Positions 11,668 to 22,812 of a stretch of DNA of 36,792 nt are shown piece by piece. Where the stretch lies: assembly GCF_001194135.2 (NCBI RefSeq), contig NC_068981.1, positions 4,497,948-4,534,739 of the forward strand, written 5' to 3'. This DNA comes from Octopus bimaculoides (Eukaryota). The notes under the pieces are model-generated. The model searched no databases. It was not told the origin of the DNA and saw only the letters and a list, made by a program, of their open reading frames with translations. Within the stretch, counting starts at the first letter, position 1. Each line of letters begins with the position of its first letter. The position numbers were made by a program, and so were the translations under genes.

Positions 11668-12972
11668 TTAATGTCCAAACTTTGATAATTATATCAATAT
11701 TCAATAAAGAAAGCAAATAAAATATATTTCTTGATATTAATTGAATCAAAGTTTGATGACATTAATATTTGTATGAGGGTTTTAAACAAAAAACAAAAAT
11801 AATTAAAGTTTAAGCATTAGAACTGTTGTTTCAACTTACGCAGAGATGAAACTATCGTCTGGTTATGAGTGGAAACCAAAGTATTGATTTAAATAGTCAA
11901 AATATTAATTATTATATTTCTATCAAATAAACTGTTAAATGAAGACTATCTGTAATTGTTCTTTAAAAATAAAATTCTAATGCGATGCTAAGATTAATAT
12001 TATTAGTGAAAAAGTAAAAACTTGGAAAATAAAATGTATTTCATAAAACATACTGTGGTAGTAATCATGAAAATAGACATTAGTTTTGGTAAATAAATCG
12101 TAAAGATAATTAATTTTCAGTAAATAAAATGAAGCAAATAAATAGGATCTTTTTAAAATTATTTTATATTTTCACCAGACTTTTAGAAGTGGTTAGAAGA
12201 ATTTTAAAAAGATCTCGATCATTAAGTCTGGATTAATATCCATCCAGACAAGATCAACTTTGCCTGTCCAGGCTGTATTGCTCAAAGAATTTGGGGTTAC
12301 ATAAATGTTATTCTCTATCTCTCCCAAATTTCCTTTCTGTTTATGCTTGCTCTTCTTCCTTGCTGAGCAATGAACCCATGTTTTCTAATATGGATTAGCT
12401 CCAAATGGATGAAGCTCTAATTCTGTGGAAGTGCTTGATTTGTTAGCTCTAGAGAAAGGGTAGATCGATTGAAGGCGTTTGGAGACAATTTACCATTGAA
12501 ACAATCTGATTGATCAATCGGTATTCAAAGTCTCACTTTACTTTGTGAGCACTATATATTCTGGAAATAGAGCTTCCAGTTTTCCCTATTGTAATGTACA
12601 ATTAAGAAAGTATATTTTGTAACACACAGTCTTAAAATATATATTAGAGATTTCATGACCGTTTCATTTTCGGAAGTTTTTTTCAATTCAGTTTTTGTAA
12701 TAAACATATTTCATGTCATTATCTATGTTTTATTCTGTATTTTATTTTCTCATAGGGACAAGATCATACCATAATCTTCTAGAGTCGGGGTAAAATGGAA
12801 TATGTTTACCTCAGTACATAACTGGTACTTTATTTTATCCCCACCGCTCAGAAGGATGGAAAGTAAACTTATCCAACTGTCTCAACTACATTTTAACAAA
12901 TATTATTAAAATATCTTAATCTTTAATCAAAAAGATTGTCATTGATATAATATTTCCAAATAAAAACATTTT
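11668..12972. repeat. Copy 1 of an unclassified AT-rich duplicated segment (A, inverted B, C)
   Basis: 11668-12145 matches 13980-14605; 12215-12750 matches the reverse complement of 14610-15170; 12868-12972 matches 15297-15400. Confidence 0.85.
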
Positions 12973-13049
12973 ACCATGAATGTCTGGCTTTATCCTTCAT
13001 TGGCCCAACCTATTAGGTTTTTTTACAACCTTCTTTCATCTCTGACAAT

Positions 13050-13612
13050 ATCAAGAAGGTGGCTGCATCTTTTCCTGCAAGTTATAATGCTGTGCTTGAT
13101 GGTCTACAAACTCAGCATCTCAAAAATGGTATCTCCCTGTCAGCCATGGTGCCAGTCTTGAGTTCTTGGAAAACCTAACCCAGTTCATCAACATGTCCTT
13201 GTCTGAAAGTGTTCTTCCTTACATTTTCCCCCTGCTCTTTGGGGTTAAACTATTCGATCTCACAAAGTCCAACGGTGACCTCTGCTCCATAACAGCTGGG
13301 TGTACACTGTGACAGCCCACAGCAAAAGTGTGTCTGTCCTCAGTTTCAAACTGCCTCGTCTATCAAATTTTCCCCTATTCAGCTAGAGATTGGGTACAAA
13401 GCTAGGTTGTGAGGCTGCTGCTCATGCCACAAGAGTTTCCACTAAGTTGCCTTCTGAGACCCCAAAGGTCATTCTCAAACTTGATCTCAGGAATGCCTTC
13501 AATTCCATCTGCTGGAATGTCATCCTCCATGCAGTAAGGGGGAATGCCCCACAGCTCTTCGACTTTGCTAGGCAAACTTATCGGGAGCCCTCCTGCCTCT
13601 CCTTTGATCTGC
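13050..13612 (+). pseudogene. CRE-clade-like non-LTR retrotransposon RT fragment
   Basis: SFPASYNAVLDGLQTQHLK; LTQFINMSL..LFGVKLFDLTKSNGDLCSITAGCTL*QPTAK; QLEIGTKLGCEAAAHATR; LKLDLRNAFNSI. Frameshifts and stops are present. Confidence 0.8.
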
Positions 13613-13979
13613 CTCTGGAGTTGCTTGCTTCAGTAGGTTCCGTTGAACCTCGTAGTTGCGACCCATTGAGGCACTTGGTCTTACATATGTATTATATATC
13701 ATATGCATACGTGTTATGTAATAAAATAGAAATTGTACATAATAATAAAACTTTCCAAAGAAGAATATAAGGAGCTTTTGTAAAGTGTTCAAAAAAAAAA
13801 AGAAAAGAGAGAAAGAAGACATGTAATTAGAGAAAGACATCAACGGAAGCTAAAAAGTAATATAAGCAATAGATAGAAAAAAGTGGACATTAGGGGTCAT
13901 GAAGATGAAAGAAGGGTTAGGTCAGGGGTAATGTTGGGGAATTACGGGAGGCAAGGAAGCTTTTAACAGAGCAATGTCC

Positions 13980-15400
13980 TTAACGTCCAAACTTCTATAA
14001 TTACATAAATATTCGGCGAAAGTAAAAAATACGTACACCCAGTGGTTAAGGTTAGGGTTTGGGATTAGGGTCAGGTTTAGGGTTTGGCATTAGGGTCAGG
14101 GTTAGTGTTTTTGTTACGTTGAAAACGGATGGTGTACATATTTTTTATCTCCGCCAAATATTCTATAAAGAAAGTAAATAAAATATTTTTTTGATACTAA
14201 TTGAATCAAAGCTCGACGTTGTTAATTTTAATGTGAGGGTCTCAAACAAAATAATCGTAATAATAATAATAATTAAAGTTTAAGAAGTAAAACCGTTGTT
14301 CAGACTTACGCAGAGATGAACCTGTCGTCTGATAATGAATGGAAACCAAAGTAATGATTTAAATAGTTAAAAAGATTATTACATATCTATCAAATAAATT
14401 GTTAAATGAAGATTATCTGTGAATTTTTGCGAAAATAAAATAATAATTTGATGTTAAGATTAATATTATTAGTTAAAAATAAAAAGTTGGAAAAGAAAAT
14501 GTATTTCGTAAAACGTACTTCGGTAATAATCGTAAGAAATTTTAATTTTTGGTAAATAAATCGTAAAAAGAAATTCAGTTTTATATTGAAACAAATAAAT
14601 AAATCAATAGAGAATAAAACAAAACAAATGATATAAAAATATATCTATCACAAAACTGAATTGAAAAAAATTCCGAAAGTGAAATCGCCACACTACCTTT
14701 ATTTAATATATTTTTTTGTTAAGAATATAGTTTACAAATATAAATGGATAATAATAATAAAATTTAGTCAGAAAGGCATATACATTTCCTCGTTTGTACA
14801 CTAGAGAATAGGGAGTACTTAAAGACCTATCTTCAGAAAATTTATTGCTTGCAAAGTCAAACGAGACTTCGAATATTGATCGATCAGATCGATCAGGTTG
14901 TTTAAACGGTATTGTCCCCAAACGGAGTCGGTCTTCTCTTCTCGAGAACTAACAAATCAACCATCTCCACAGAATTAGAACTTCGTATTGAAAACACGAG
15001 ATCGTTGCTCGAAAACTAAGAAACGGAAGAATAAATATGGACAGAAAGTAGACTGGAGGAGAGATAGAGAATATCATTTATGTAACCCAGACCCCAAATT
15101 CTTTTGGCAACAAAGCTTTATCAGGCAAATTCGATCCCGTCTGGATGGATTGTAATCATAACTCAATGAGACTGAATTAAATAATGATCCCTAACATAGG
15201 TGCAATGACAAAATCTTTTGGGGTCAGGGAATACATGAGATATATCAATCCTTAGTTTCATGACCCCCACAGGAGGTAAACTTAGCTAGCAAGCCATTAT
15301 CTCAATTGTCTCAACTATATTCAATCAAATTTTCTTGAAATATCTCAATCTATAATATTGTCATTGATGTATTATTATTTCGAAATGAAAATATGTTGCA
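13980..15400. repeat. Copy 2 of the duplicated segment (A, B, C collinear)
   Basis: Shared blocks such as ACTTACGCAGAGATGAA..TGGAAACCAAAGTA and CCCGTCTGGATGGAT. Confidence 0.85.
14008..14162. mobile_element. Small TIR element with an internal telomere-like tract
   Basis: Inverted arms 14008-14039 and 14131-14162 match at 27/32 positions. Internal degenerate TTAGGG repeats at 14044-14105. Absent from the paralogous site at about 11697-11702. Confidence 0.8.
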
Positions 15401-16029
15401 GTGATTGTCTGGCTCTGTCCTTTGTTTTTTGGTAAATATCAACCGAATATGAATAATTATAAAACAAAATGCAATTATTTGTATTTTCTTTTTCAAATTT
15501 CAATGAAATTATGAAAGAATTATTGAAGAATAATCACTTTTAAGTCTGTTTACTTTCAAAACGACTACACAAAGTGTCTCTATACGGTCAGCTAAGCTGC
15601 TAGAAATAACGACTAAATCTCCTTCAATACTTTGATGTTTTAGCACAAAAATATTATGCATAATGTATTGAATTAAATTATTTGAAGAGAGTTAGAAAGA
15701 GACGGAAGGAAGGAAGAAGAGAGAGAAAGGATGGCCACAGCTGGAAAGTCATTGCCTTTTGAAAGAGGAAAATGATAATGAGCTTATCGTATAAAGCACT
15801 CAGGTGCACTACTGCTCATCAGAAAAGATTAAAAGAAAGGATAGAAGGCAGACATATAATAAGCCTAGTAAAGAAAGACAGCAATGGAAGCTAAAAGGTG
15901 CATTCACAGTACACAGAATAGAATACAAAAAGACAGAAAAGAGAGCCTTAAAAGAATCTTAAAGCAGAAAAGATGGATAAGGCACACCAAGAGAAGTGTC
16001 AATGAATTTCAGGAAGCATGGAATGTTTG

Positions 16030-16395
16030 AAGACAAAATCGCTGACGTGGCCGATGACAGTACCGCCTGATTGGCACTTGTACCAGTGGAACGTTAAAAA
16101 CACATCCAAGCGTGATCGTTGCCAGGGCCACAGATTGGCTCCCGTGCCGGTGGCATGTGAAAAACACCATTCGAGCGTGATCGTTGCCAGTGTTGCCTGG
16201 CACGTGCCAGTGGCATGTGAAAAACAACATTCGAACGTGGTTGTTGCCAGTGCAGGTAGCACGTAAAAACACCTTTTGAGTGTGGTCGTTGCCAGAGCCA
16301 CCTAACTGGCCCTTGTGCTGGTGGCATGTAAAAGCACCTACTACTCTCTCGGAGTGGTTGGCGTTAGGAAGGGCATCTAGCTGTAAAAACTTTGC
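16030..16395 (+). mobile_element. RTE-LINE 3' UTR fragment, tail missing
   Basis: Five 61-bp units, then GGAGTGGTTGGCGTTAGGAAGGGCATC. Confidence 0.8.
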
Positions 16396-16849
16396 CCAGT
16401 CATTTACAGGTCAAAATAAAAGTATCTGAATTTTCAGGCAATTCCATTCACTAGAAAAATTTCAGCACAAAAGGGTTAAAGTGATCTGAATTAAAATTTT
16501 GAGGAGAGATGCGAAACATGCATTAGCCTCCTGTTACCAATACTGCCAAATACCCGGAATTTAGAAACTGGCTGGAATCAGAGCAGTTTTGATGCCAATC
16601 TGTCTCAGACTGGCACTGGTTCTGTGATACACTCTGTTTTAACCCATTCATGCCGATCATCTGTTTAAACTGACAATTTATGAGGGTATAAAACAAATAT
16701 TTGATACAAATTGTGACTTGTGTATGATCTGTATCAAACGGATTTCAATGAATTTTTTTTTCAGTTGTTATTTAGGTCAAAATAATAGAATATGTGAATT
16801 TTCAAGCAATTTCATTTATCAGAAAAATTTCGGCACGAATCAGTTAATG

Positions 16850-17170
16850 GTATTCCTTGCATGGACCTTTCCACGGCCTTTTACAGTGTAACCAATTGAC
16901 GTTTTATCCTCTTTGTTGTAGGCCATATCTCGTGAATGAGAACACAAGTAGGATGGTGCTTTTGAAGAGTCTGGCATGTAAGGCATTGTCTAGCTTTGAT
17001 TGGAACACGTCTTTCTCGAATTAAATGCCTTCCATCTTACCCTTATCCTCTTTGAGATTTCAGCACCCATACCTTGGTGCAGGTTCATTGTACATCCAAA
17101 GCAGATGTACTCCTTTACCTCCTCAATTTCATCATCTTGTGCTACGTCTTCTGACTACATTCATGGTTGG
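16850..17170 (-). pseudogene. RTE-clade RT fragment
   Basis: EIEEVKEYICFG..EISKRIRVRWKAF; DVFQSKL..ARLFKSTIL; EIWPTTK..KAVERSMQGI, with two frameshifts. Confidence 0.8.
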
Positions 17171-17523
17171 AAGGAAAGCATGCTCTACACGATAATTCTT
17201 AATAACCCTCCATCTTCTGGCTTCTCTCATGCATGGTCGTACTATTTACATTACACACAGGTCAGTGTTAAAAGATTTTAAAGTTGTGGGCGAAGCCAAG
17301 AAATTTTAATTCATTAAAATTACATTCGTATCGAGGAAAATTCTGTGTATGTATATGCGCGCATGTGTGTGTGTGTGCGTGTGTGAAGTACAATGTGTCA
17401 GGGCAACAGGAAAAAGAAAATTGAAGCTAATGAGACATAGTTAATGTGTCCTAACAGTAAAAGGCATTTGTTATTTAGGTCAGTCATTTAGAATTTTAAC
17501 TATTGTTTCTCTATAACATCATA

Positions 17524-17555
<32 letters not shown>

Positions 17556-17622
17556 ATTCCAGCAGGCTAGTTTTATACACACACACACAAACACATACAT
17601 GTGCGTGCGTGTGTGTATTAAA

Positions 17623-17817
17623 AATGGGGCAGGCTGGTTTATGGGATTACCCTGGGTTTACCATCCATAAAAGGTTTAGTTTTATGGTGTATCATCTGAC
17701 CCCAAAACCTAAGAGGTCTGAGGCCAACAGGTTTTAGGGTCTGACGATATGCCATAAAGCTAAACCCTTTATAGCTGGGAAACCCAGGGTAATCCCATAA
17801 ACCAACCTTCCCCCATT
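17623..17817. mobile_element. Foldback, MITE-like palindrome
   Basis: About 88-bp inverted arms (GGTTTATGGGATTACCCTGGGTTT / AAACCCAGGGTAATCCCATAAACC) around an 18-nt loop at 17711-17728. Confidence 0.8.
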
Positions 17818-17867
17818 ACCACTCTACATCTTAGAGTGTGCTTCTCCAGATTTATGTTTTCTACAAA

Positions 17868-17901
<34 letters not shown>

Positions 17902-17905
<4 letters not shown>

Positions 17906-18270
17906 TCATCATCATTTAATGTCTGTTTTCCATGCTGGCAAAGGTTGGCTGGTTGACTGAGGTCCGGAGACCCAGCAGCTGCACTAGGCTCTGATCTGGC
18001 ATTGTTTCTACACCTAGATGCCCTTCCTAATGCCAACCACTCCGAGAGTGTAGCGGGTGCTTTTTACGTGCCACCAGCACAGGAGTCAGTCAGGCGGGCC
18101 TGGAATCAGTCATGTTTGGATAGTGCTTTTTACGTGCCACCGGCACGGGGGCTAGTTAGGAGGTACTGGCATCGATCACATTTGGATAGTTTTTTTTATG
18201 TGCCACCGGCGTGGGAGCCAGTCAGGGGGTACTAGCATTTACCATGTTCAGATGGTGCTTTTTATGTGCG
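17902..18270 (-). mobile_element. RTE-LINE 3' UTR fragment
   Basis: (ATC)n tail, core and three to four units. Confidence 0.85.
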
Positions 18271-18429
18271 AATCATCTTGAGATGCATCTTCCTCATTTC
18301 ACCTCAAATCTTCCTAGGTGTCTGTCTTTCTCAAGTCCCCTTCACATGCAGTGCTGCACAATTCTTCATATAGCTGATATATTCCAAATACAACTTAAAC
18401 CTGGTTTCTGTGGTGTATAAGTCACTAAA

Positions 18430-18620
18430 ATTATAAAGCCACCCCTTGGATGGGATACCAGTCCTTCACAGGGTTAACTTTCCATCTCTTGCTGGAACTT
18501 GTTTGCAGCTGAGTGGACCGAAACAATGTGAAATGAAGTAATTTGCTCAAGAACACAATGCCCTGTCCAGCTCAGGAATCAAACCCCACAATCTTATGAT
18601 TATGAATGCAAAACTCTAAG
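18430..18620 (-). mobile_element. tRNA-derived SINE
   Basis: Minus strand has B-box-like GGTTTGATTCC followed by GTGTTCTTGAGCAAA..TTCATTTCACATTG..GTCCACTCAGCTG. Confidence 0.6.
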
Positions 18621-18664
18621 CACAGGACCACGTATCTTCTCACTCCATATTTTATATACCATGG

Positions 18665-18935
18665 GGCACCATCAGCAGTGAAAGCACTGGTAGTGGTGCC
18701 ACATGAAAAGCATGGGTGCTGCTGCCATGTAAAAAGCACTGGTGCTGGTGCCACATGGAAAGTACTGGTTCCATGTAAAAAGCACCCAGCACACTATGTA
18801 AAGTGGTTGGCATTAGGAAGGGCCTCCAGCTGTAGAAAACATGGCAAAACAGACTATAGAACCTGGTATGGCTCCTGGCTTTGCCAGCTCTTGTCAAACT
18901 GCCCAACCCATGCCAGCATGGAAAACAGACGTTAA

Positions 18936-18968
<33 letters not shown>
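18665..18968 (+). mobile_element. RTE-LINE 3' UTR fragment
   Basis: Degenerate units, core GTGGTTGGCATTAGGAAGGGC, (GAT)n tail. Confidence 0.8.
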
Positions 18969-19149
18969 TCTAAGCCAACACAGTTTTCTCATTTGTTTCT
19001 GATTCCTGTCACATCCACTTTTCCAGTTTTCCTCCATCATTCACAAACTCTAACATCACAACAATTCACTGGTCAAACAACAAATTAACTAATTACACAG
19101 TTGCCATTAGAAAATGACATCATTCAACATCTGCTTCTCTTGTTTCATT

Positions 19150-19330
19150 AAATTTATTTTCCATATCAAACAAATATTTTTGAAAATGTCACTTGACAAT
19201 TGGTTGTAAAGCTTTGTTAACGAGAACATCAGTTGCTGAGGAAACTGATTCTGGTGGAGCCGACATGGCAGGCACAGAAAGAATTTTCTGGTGTCCCTAG
19301 CATTAATGGAATCTTCCTACCTTTGGCAAC
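19150..19330 (-). pseudogene. hAT transposase C-terminal dimerisation-domain remnant
   Basis: QKILSVPAMSAPPESVSSA, then in another frame QLSSDIFKNICLIWKN, resembling LSVPATSAPSERVFS..RLS...E.L.FLK.N. Confidence 0.5.
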
Positions 19331-19808
19331 CACTTGTTTTACATACCATGGGAACTCTAACAGTACCTCTTAACCATTTTTTTTTTACATTTTATTTATT
19401 TCAGTTATTGAGCTGTGGCCAAACTGGGGCACCACATTGAAGAGTTTAGTTAAACAAATCAGCCCTAGTAGTTATTTTATTTAATTTAATTTATTTATTT
19501 ATTTATTTATTTATTTTTTTGAAGTTTGTTACCTATTCTATTGATCTCTTTTGCCAAACTGCTAAGTTATGGGTATAAAAATAAACCAACATCGATTGTC
19601 ATGCCATGGAAAGGAGACGAAAACAGACACAAACGCATATACATAAGCATATGCATATATATATATATATATATAGAAATATATACATATACACACACAT
19701 ACATATGGTGGGCTTCCACATAGTTTCCATCTATCAAATTTACTCACAAAGCATTGGTCAGCCTAGGATTATAGTTGAAGACACTTGGGCAATGGGCATG
19801 ATAAAAAA

Positions 19809-20256
19809 CATCATCATCATCGTTTAACATCCGCTTTCCATGCTAGCATGAGTTGGACGATTTGACTGAGGACTGGCGAACCAGAAGGCTGCACCAGACT
19901 CCAATCTGATCTGGCAGAGTTTCTACAGCTGGATGCCCTTCCTAACGCCAACCACTCCGGGAGTGTAGTGGGTGCTTTTACGTGCCACCGGCACGAGGGC
20001 CAGTCACACGGTACTGGCAACGGACACGCTCCAAATGGTGTTTTTTACATGCCACCTGCACAGGAGCCAGTCCAGCGGCACTGGCAACAACCTTGCTCAA
20101 ATGATTTTCTAATGCTCCACCGGCACAAGTGCCAGTAAGGCGACACTGGTAACGATCACACTCAAATGGTGCTATTTATGTGCCACTAGCACGGAAGCCA
20201 GACAGCTGCTCTGGCAATGATCACGCTCGAATGGTACTGTTAGTGCTCCACTGGCA
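19809..20256 (-). mobile_element. RTE-LINE 3' UTR fragment
   Basis: Tail, core and five units. The unit at 20048-20108 is the closest match to the satellite monomer. Confidence 0.85.
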
Positions 20257-20257
20257 C

Positions 20258-20680
20258 ATATGAACAAAAACGTAGGCGCCATACCTGGACCCTCAACATT
20301 ACACACAATTCAAAAATAGCCCTGCTACAAGTAGGTCACATCTTATGCAAGACACTATCAATTCAATAATACAACCCAAACAAAACAATCCACAAACACA
20401 AGACAACTCTGTACAGCAAATATCCAATAAAATAAACAACCACCAGCAGGCTAGTATACTTAGCACATTACACACACACACAACATGAAATACAAAAACT
20501 AATACAACAAAAGACTGCAACCAAATCCCATAACAAAAGAAAGTGATGCAATACAATACCAGGAAGAGTTTGCACTTGCTCAACAACAACAAATAAAAAA
20601 CATACAATGCTGCACACCCCAGCAACATGAAGGTGCAGCAGGTGATGCAGTAGGAATTTGCCTGAAACTACCAAATGCTA

Positions 20681-20712
<32 letters not shown>
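20258..20712 (+). mobile_element. R4/Dong-like retrotransposon 3' end with (AAT)n tail
   Basis: AIPGPSTLHTIQK(fs)IALLQVGHILCKTLSIQ* matches the R4-clade C-terminus IPG...QK.ALLGTA.ILRK.L. Confidence 0.7.
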
Positions 20713-20714
<2 letters not shown>

Positions 20715-20883
20715 TATAACATACAGAAAATTGCATTACTACACACATCCTACGCAAAACACTTTCAATACAGTAACCATAAGAGCATCACAGCAAACCA
20801 CAGCACATACCCAAAGCGCACAGAGCTGCGCTCGGTAGTGAAGTGAAAGCACGTTATAAAAATAAAACTACTGAATAATAATA
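20712..20883 (+). mobile_element. Second R4/Dong-like 3' end
   Basis: IYNIQKIALL(7-nt deletion)HILRKTLSIQ*, stop at 20774-20776, short UTR, AATAATAATAA tail. Confidence 0.75.
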
Positions 20884-21078
20884 AGGCCTGGAATTTGCAG
20901 GGAGGGAACTAGCCAATTACATTGACCCCAGTGTTTTACTGGTACTTAGTTTATCGACCTCGAACAGATGAAAGGCAAAGTCAACCTTGGTGGAATTCGA
21001 ACCCAGAATGTGAAGACAGACAAAACAGCGCTTAGCATTTTACCTGGTTTGCTAATAATTCTGCCAGCTTGTCACCTT
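20884..21078 (-). mobile_element. Nin-domain-like tRNA SINE
   Basis: Reverse-complement homologue of 6317-6533. Confidence 0.75.
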
Positions 21079-21094
21079 AATAATAATAATAATC

Positions 21095-21155
<61 letters not shown>

Positions 21156-21289
21156 CAACAATAATTACAACAACGTGTGTGTTTTATGTTAGTGGCTACC
21201 TTTGTCCAGACATCACATGATGGTTTAAAATGAGCATCATTGTCAGACATATGATGTTGTTATTTCCAATATTCTGCAAAAACATGTCT

Positions 21290-21490
21290 GGTCACGGGGA
21301 AAGATTAGATTATTTGGAAACAGATGAAGGTCAGTGGCAGGAAGGGCATCTGGTCGTAGAAAATCTGCTTCAACAGATTTCATGTGAGAATGGAAGCATG
21401 GTAAAAGGGGTGTTAAATGATGATGATGAGGATGCTGGTGGTGGGAATGATGATGATGATGATGATGGCAGCGATGACGACGACGATGAT
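21290..21490 (+). mobile_element. Diverged RTE-tail-related element
   Basis: GGCAGGAAGGGCATCTGGTCGTAGAAAATCTGC ... GTTAAATGATGATGATG. Confidence 0.55.
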
Positions 21491-21728
21491 TACATCTGCA
21501 TTATTAATATCAGATTTTCAAACAGTTATTCACTCAACCAAAAACAATTGAATAAATATCTGACAACTAAACACATTGCAGTGAACTCAACGAAAGTTGT
21601 CAGGTCCATCACGACAACGAACACACCATATTAATTAATGCACCACGTTAATTATTAACCATTTCTCATTCTTCGTCTTTGAGGAGAAGATTGGAATTTA
21701 CTCAGGTTGTCATTGTTTGGTCTTGCAG

Positions 21729-21779
21729 GATGTCAGTGGTGCCTTGAATCTGTTCATGCAGGTTTGCATAAAACCAAAG
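21729..21779 (+). other. Candidate 51-nt internal exon of an unidentified host gene
   Basis: TTTGGTCTTGCAG| acceptor and AAAG|GTATGA donor; length is a multiple of 3; open in two phases. Confidence 0.3.
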
Positions 21780-21867
21780 GTATGATAAATGACACAATCC
21801 CAAGATGTCATACAGTAGGACTGAAGCCCTCACCTCATGATTCAAAACAAACTATTTAACTATTAAG

Positions 21868-22105
21868 CCATCATCATCGACAGTTAATGTCTGTTTTCCA
21901 TGCTGGCATGGGTTGGACAGTTTGACAGGAACTGGCAAGGCCAGAAGCCACACCAGGTTCCAGAGTCTGTTTTAGCATGGTCTCTGCGGCTGGGTGCTCT
22001 TCCTAACGCCAACCATTTTACAGAATGTGCTTGGTGCTTTTTACATGGCACTGGCACGGGTGCATTTTATGTGGCACCAGCACCCACACCAATGCTTTCT
22101 ATGTA
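21868..22105 (-). mobile_element. RTE-LINE 3' UTR fragment
   Basis: CATCATCATC..GTTAATGTCTGTTTTCCATGCTGGCATGGGTTGGAC and core. Confidence 0.75.
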
Positions 22106-22159
22106 GCACCTTGGTGGGTGGTTCCTCTCGAGTACAGCATATCTTAGTACTATACAAAT

Positions 22160-22386
22160 CTCTTTATTGCTCACAGGGGGCTAAACATAGTGGGGACAAA
22201 CAAGGATAGACAAAGGGATTAAGTCAATTATATCGACCCCAGTGCGGAACTGGTACTTATTTAATCAACACCGAAAGGATGAAAGGTAAACTCGACCTCG
22301 GTGGAGTTTGAACTCAGAACATAACGGCAGATGAAATACTGTTAAGCATTTCACCTGGTGTGCTAATGTTTCTGCCATCTCACCGC
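22160..22386 (-). mobile_element. Nin-domain-like tRNA SINE
   Basis: ACTGGTACTTATTTAATC..GAAAGGATGAAAGGTAAACTCGAC..TTTGAACTC. Confidence 0.75.
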
Positions 22387-22454
22387 GTTGGTATTATACA
22401 GTAGAGGACCTCTTATCCAGCTTTCATTATTCTTATCATTATCATTATTTAACA

Positions 22455-22812
22455 ACTTGTTGAGGCAAGTGAAATCGAAATTGAACCAAATTCATTGACT
22501 GGCACCCATCCCAACCTCTCCTTCATTGGACACTAAACTCTGCTTGCGAAGACCTGTTGGGGCAAGTGAAATCGAAATCGTAATTGAACCATATTCGATG
22601 ACTGGCACCCGTGCCAGTGGAGCACTAACAGCACCATCTGAGCGTGATCATTGCCAGAGCAGCTGTCTGGTTTCCGTGCCAGTGGCATGTAAATAGCACC
22701 ATTTGAGCGTGATCGTTACCAGTGTCGCCTTACTGGCACTTGTGACACATTAGAAAACGTTCAAGCGAGGTCGTTGCCTGTGCCACTGGACTGGCTCCTG
22801 TGCAGGTGGTAC
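22455..22812 (+). mobile_element. RTE-LINE 3' UTR fragment (units only)
   Basis: GAGGCAAGTGAAATCGAAAT block twice, then four units. Confidence 0.75.
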
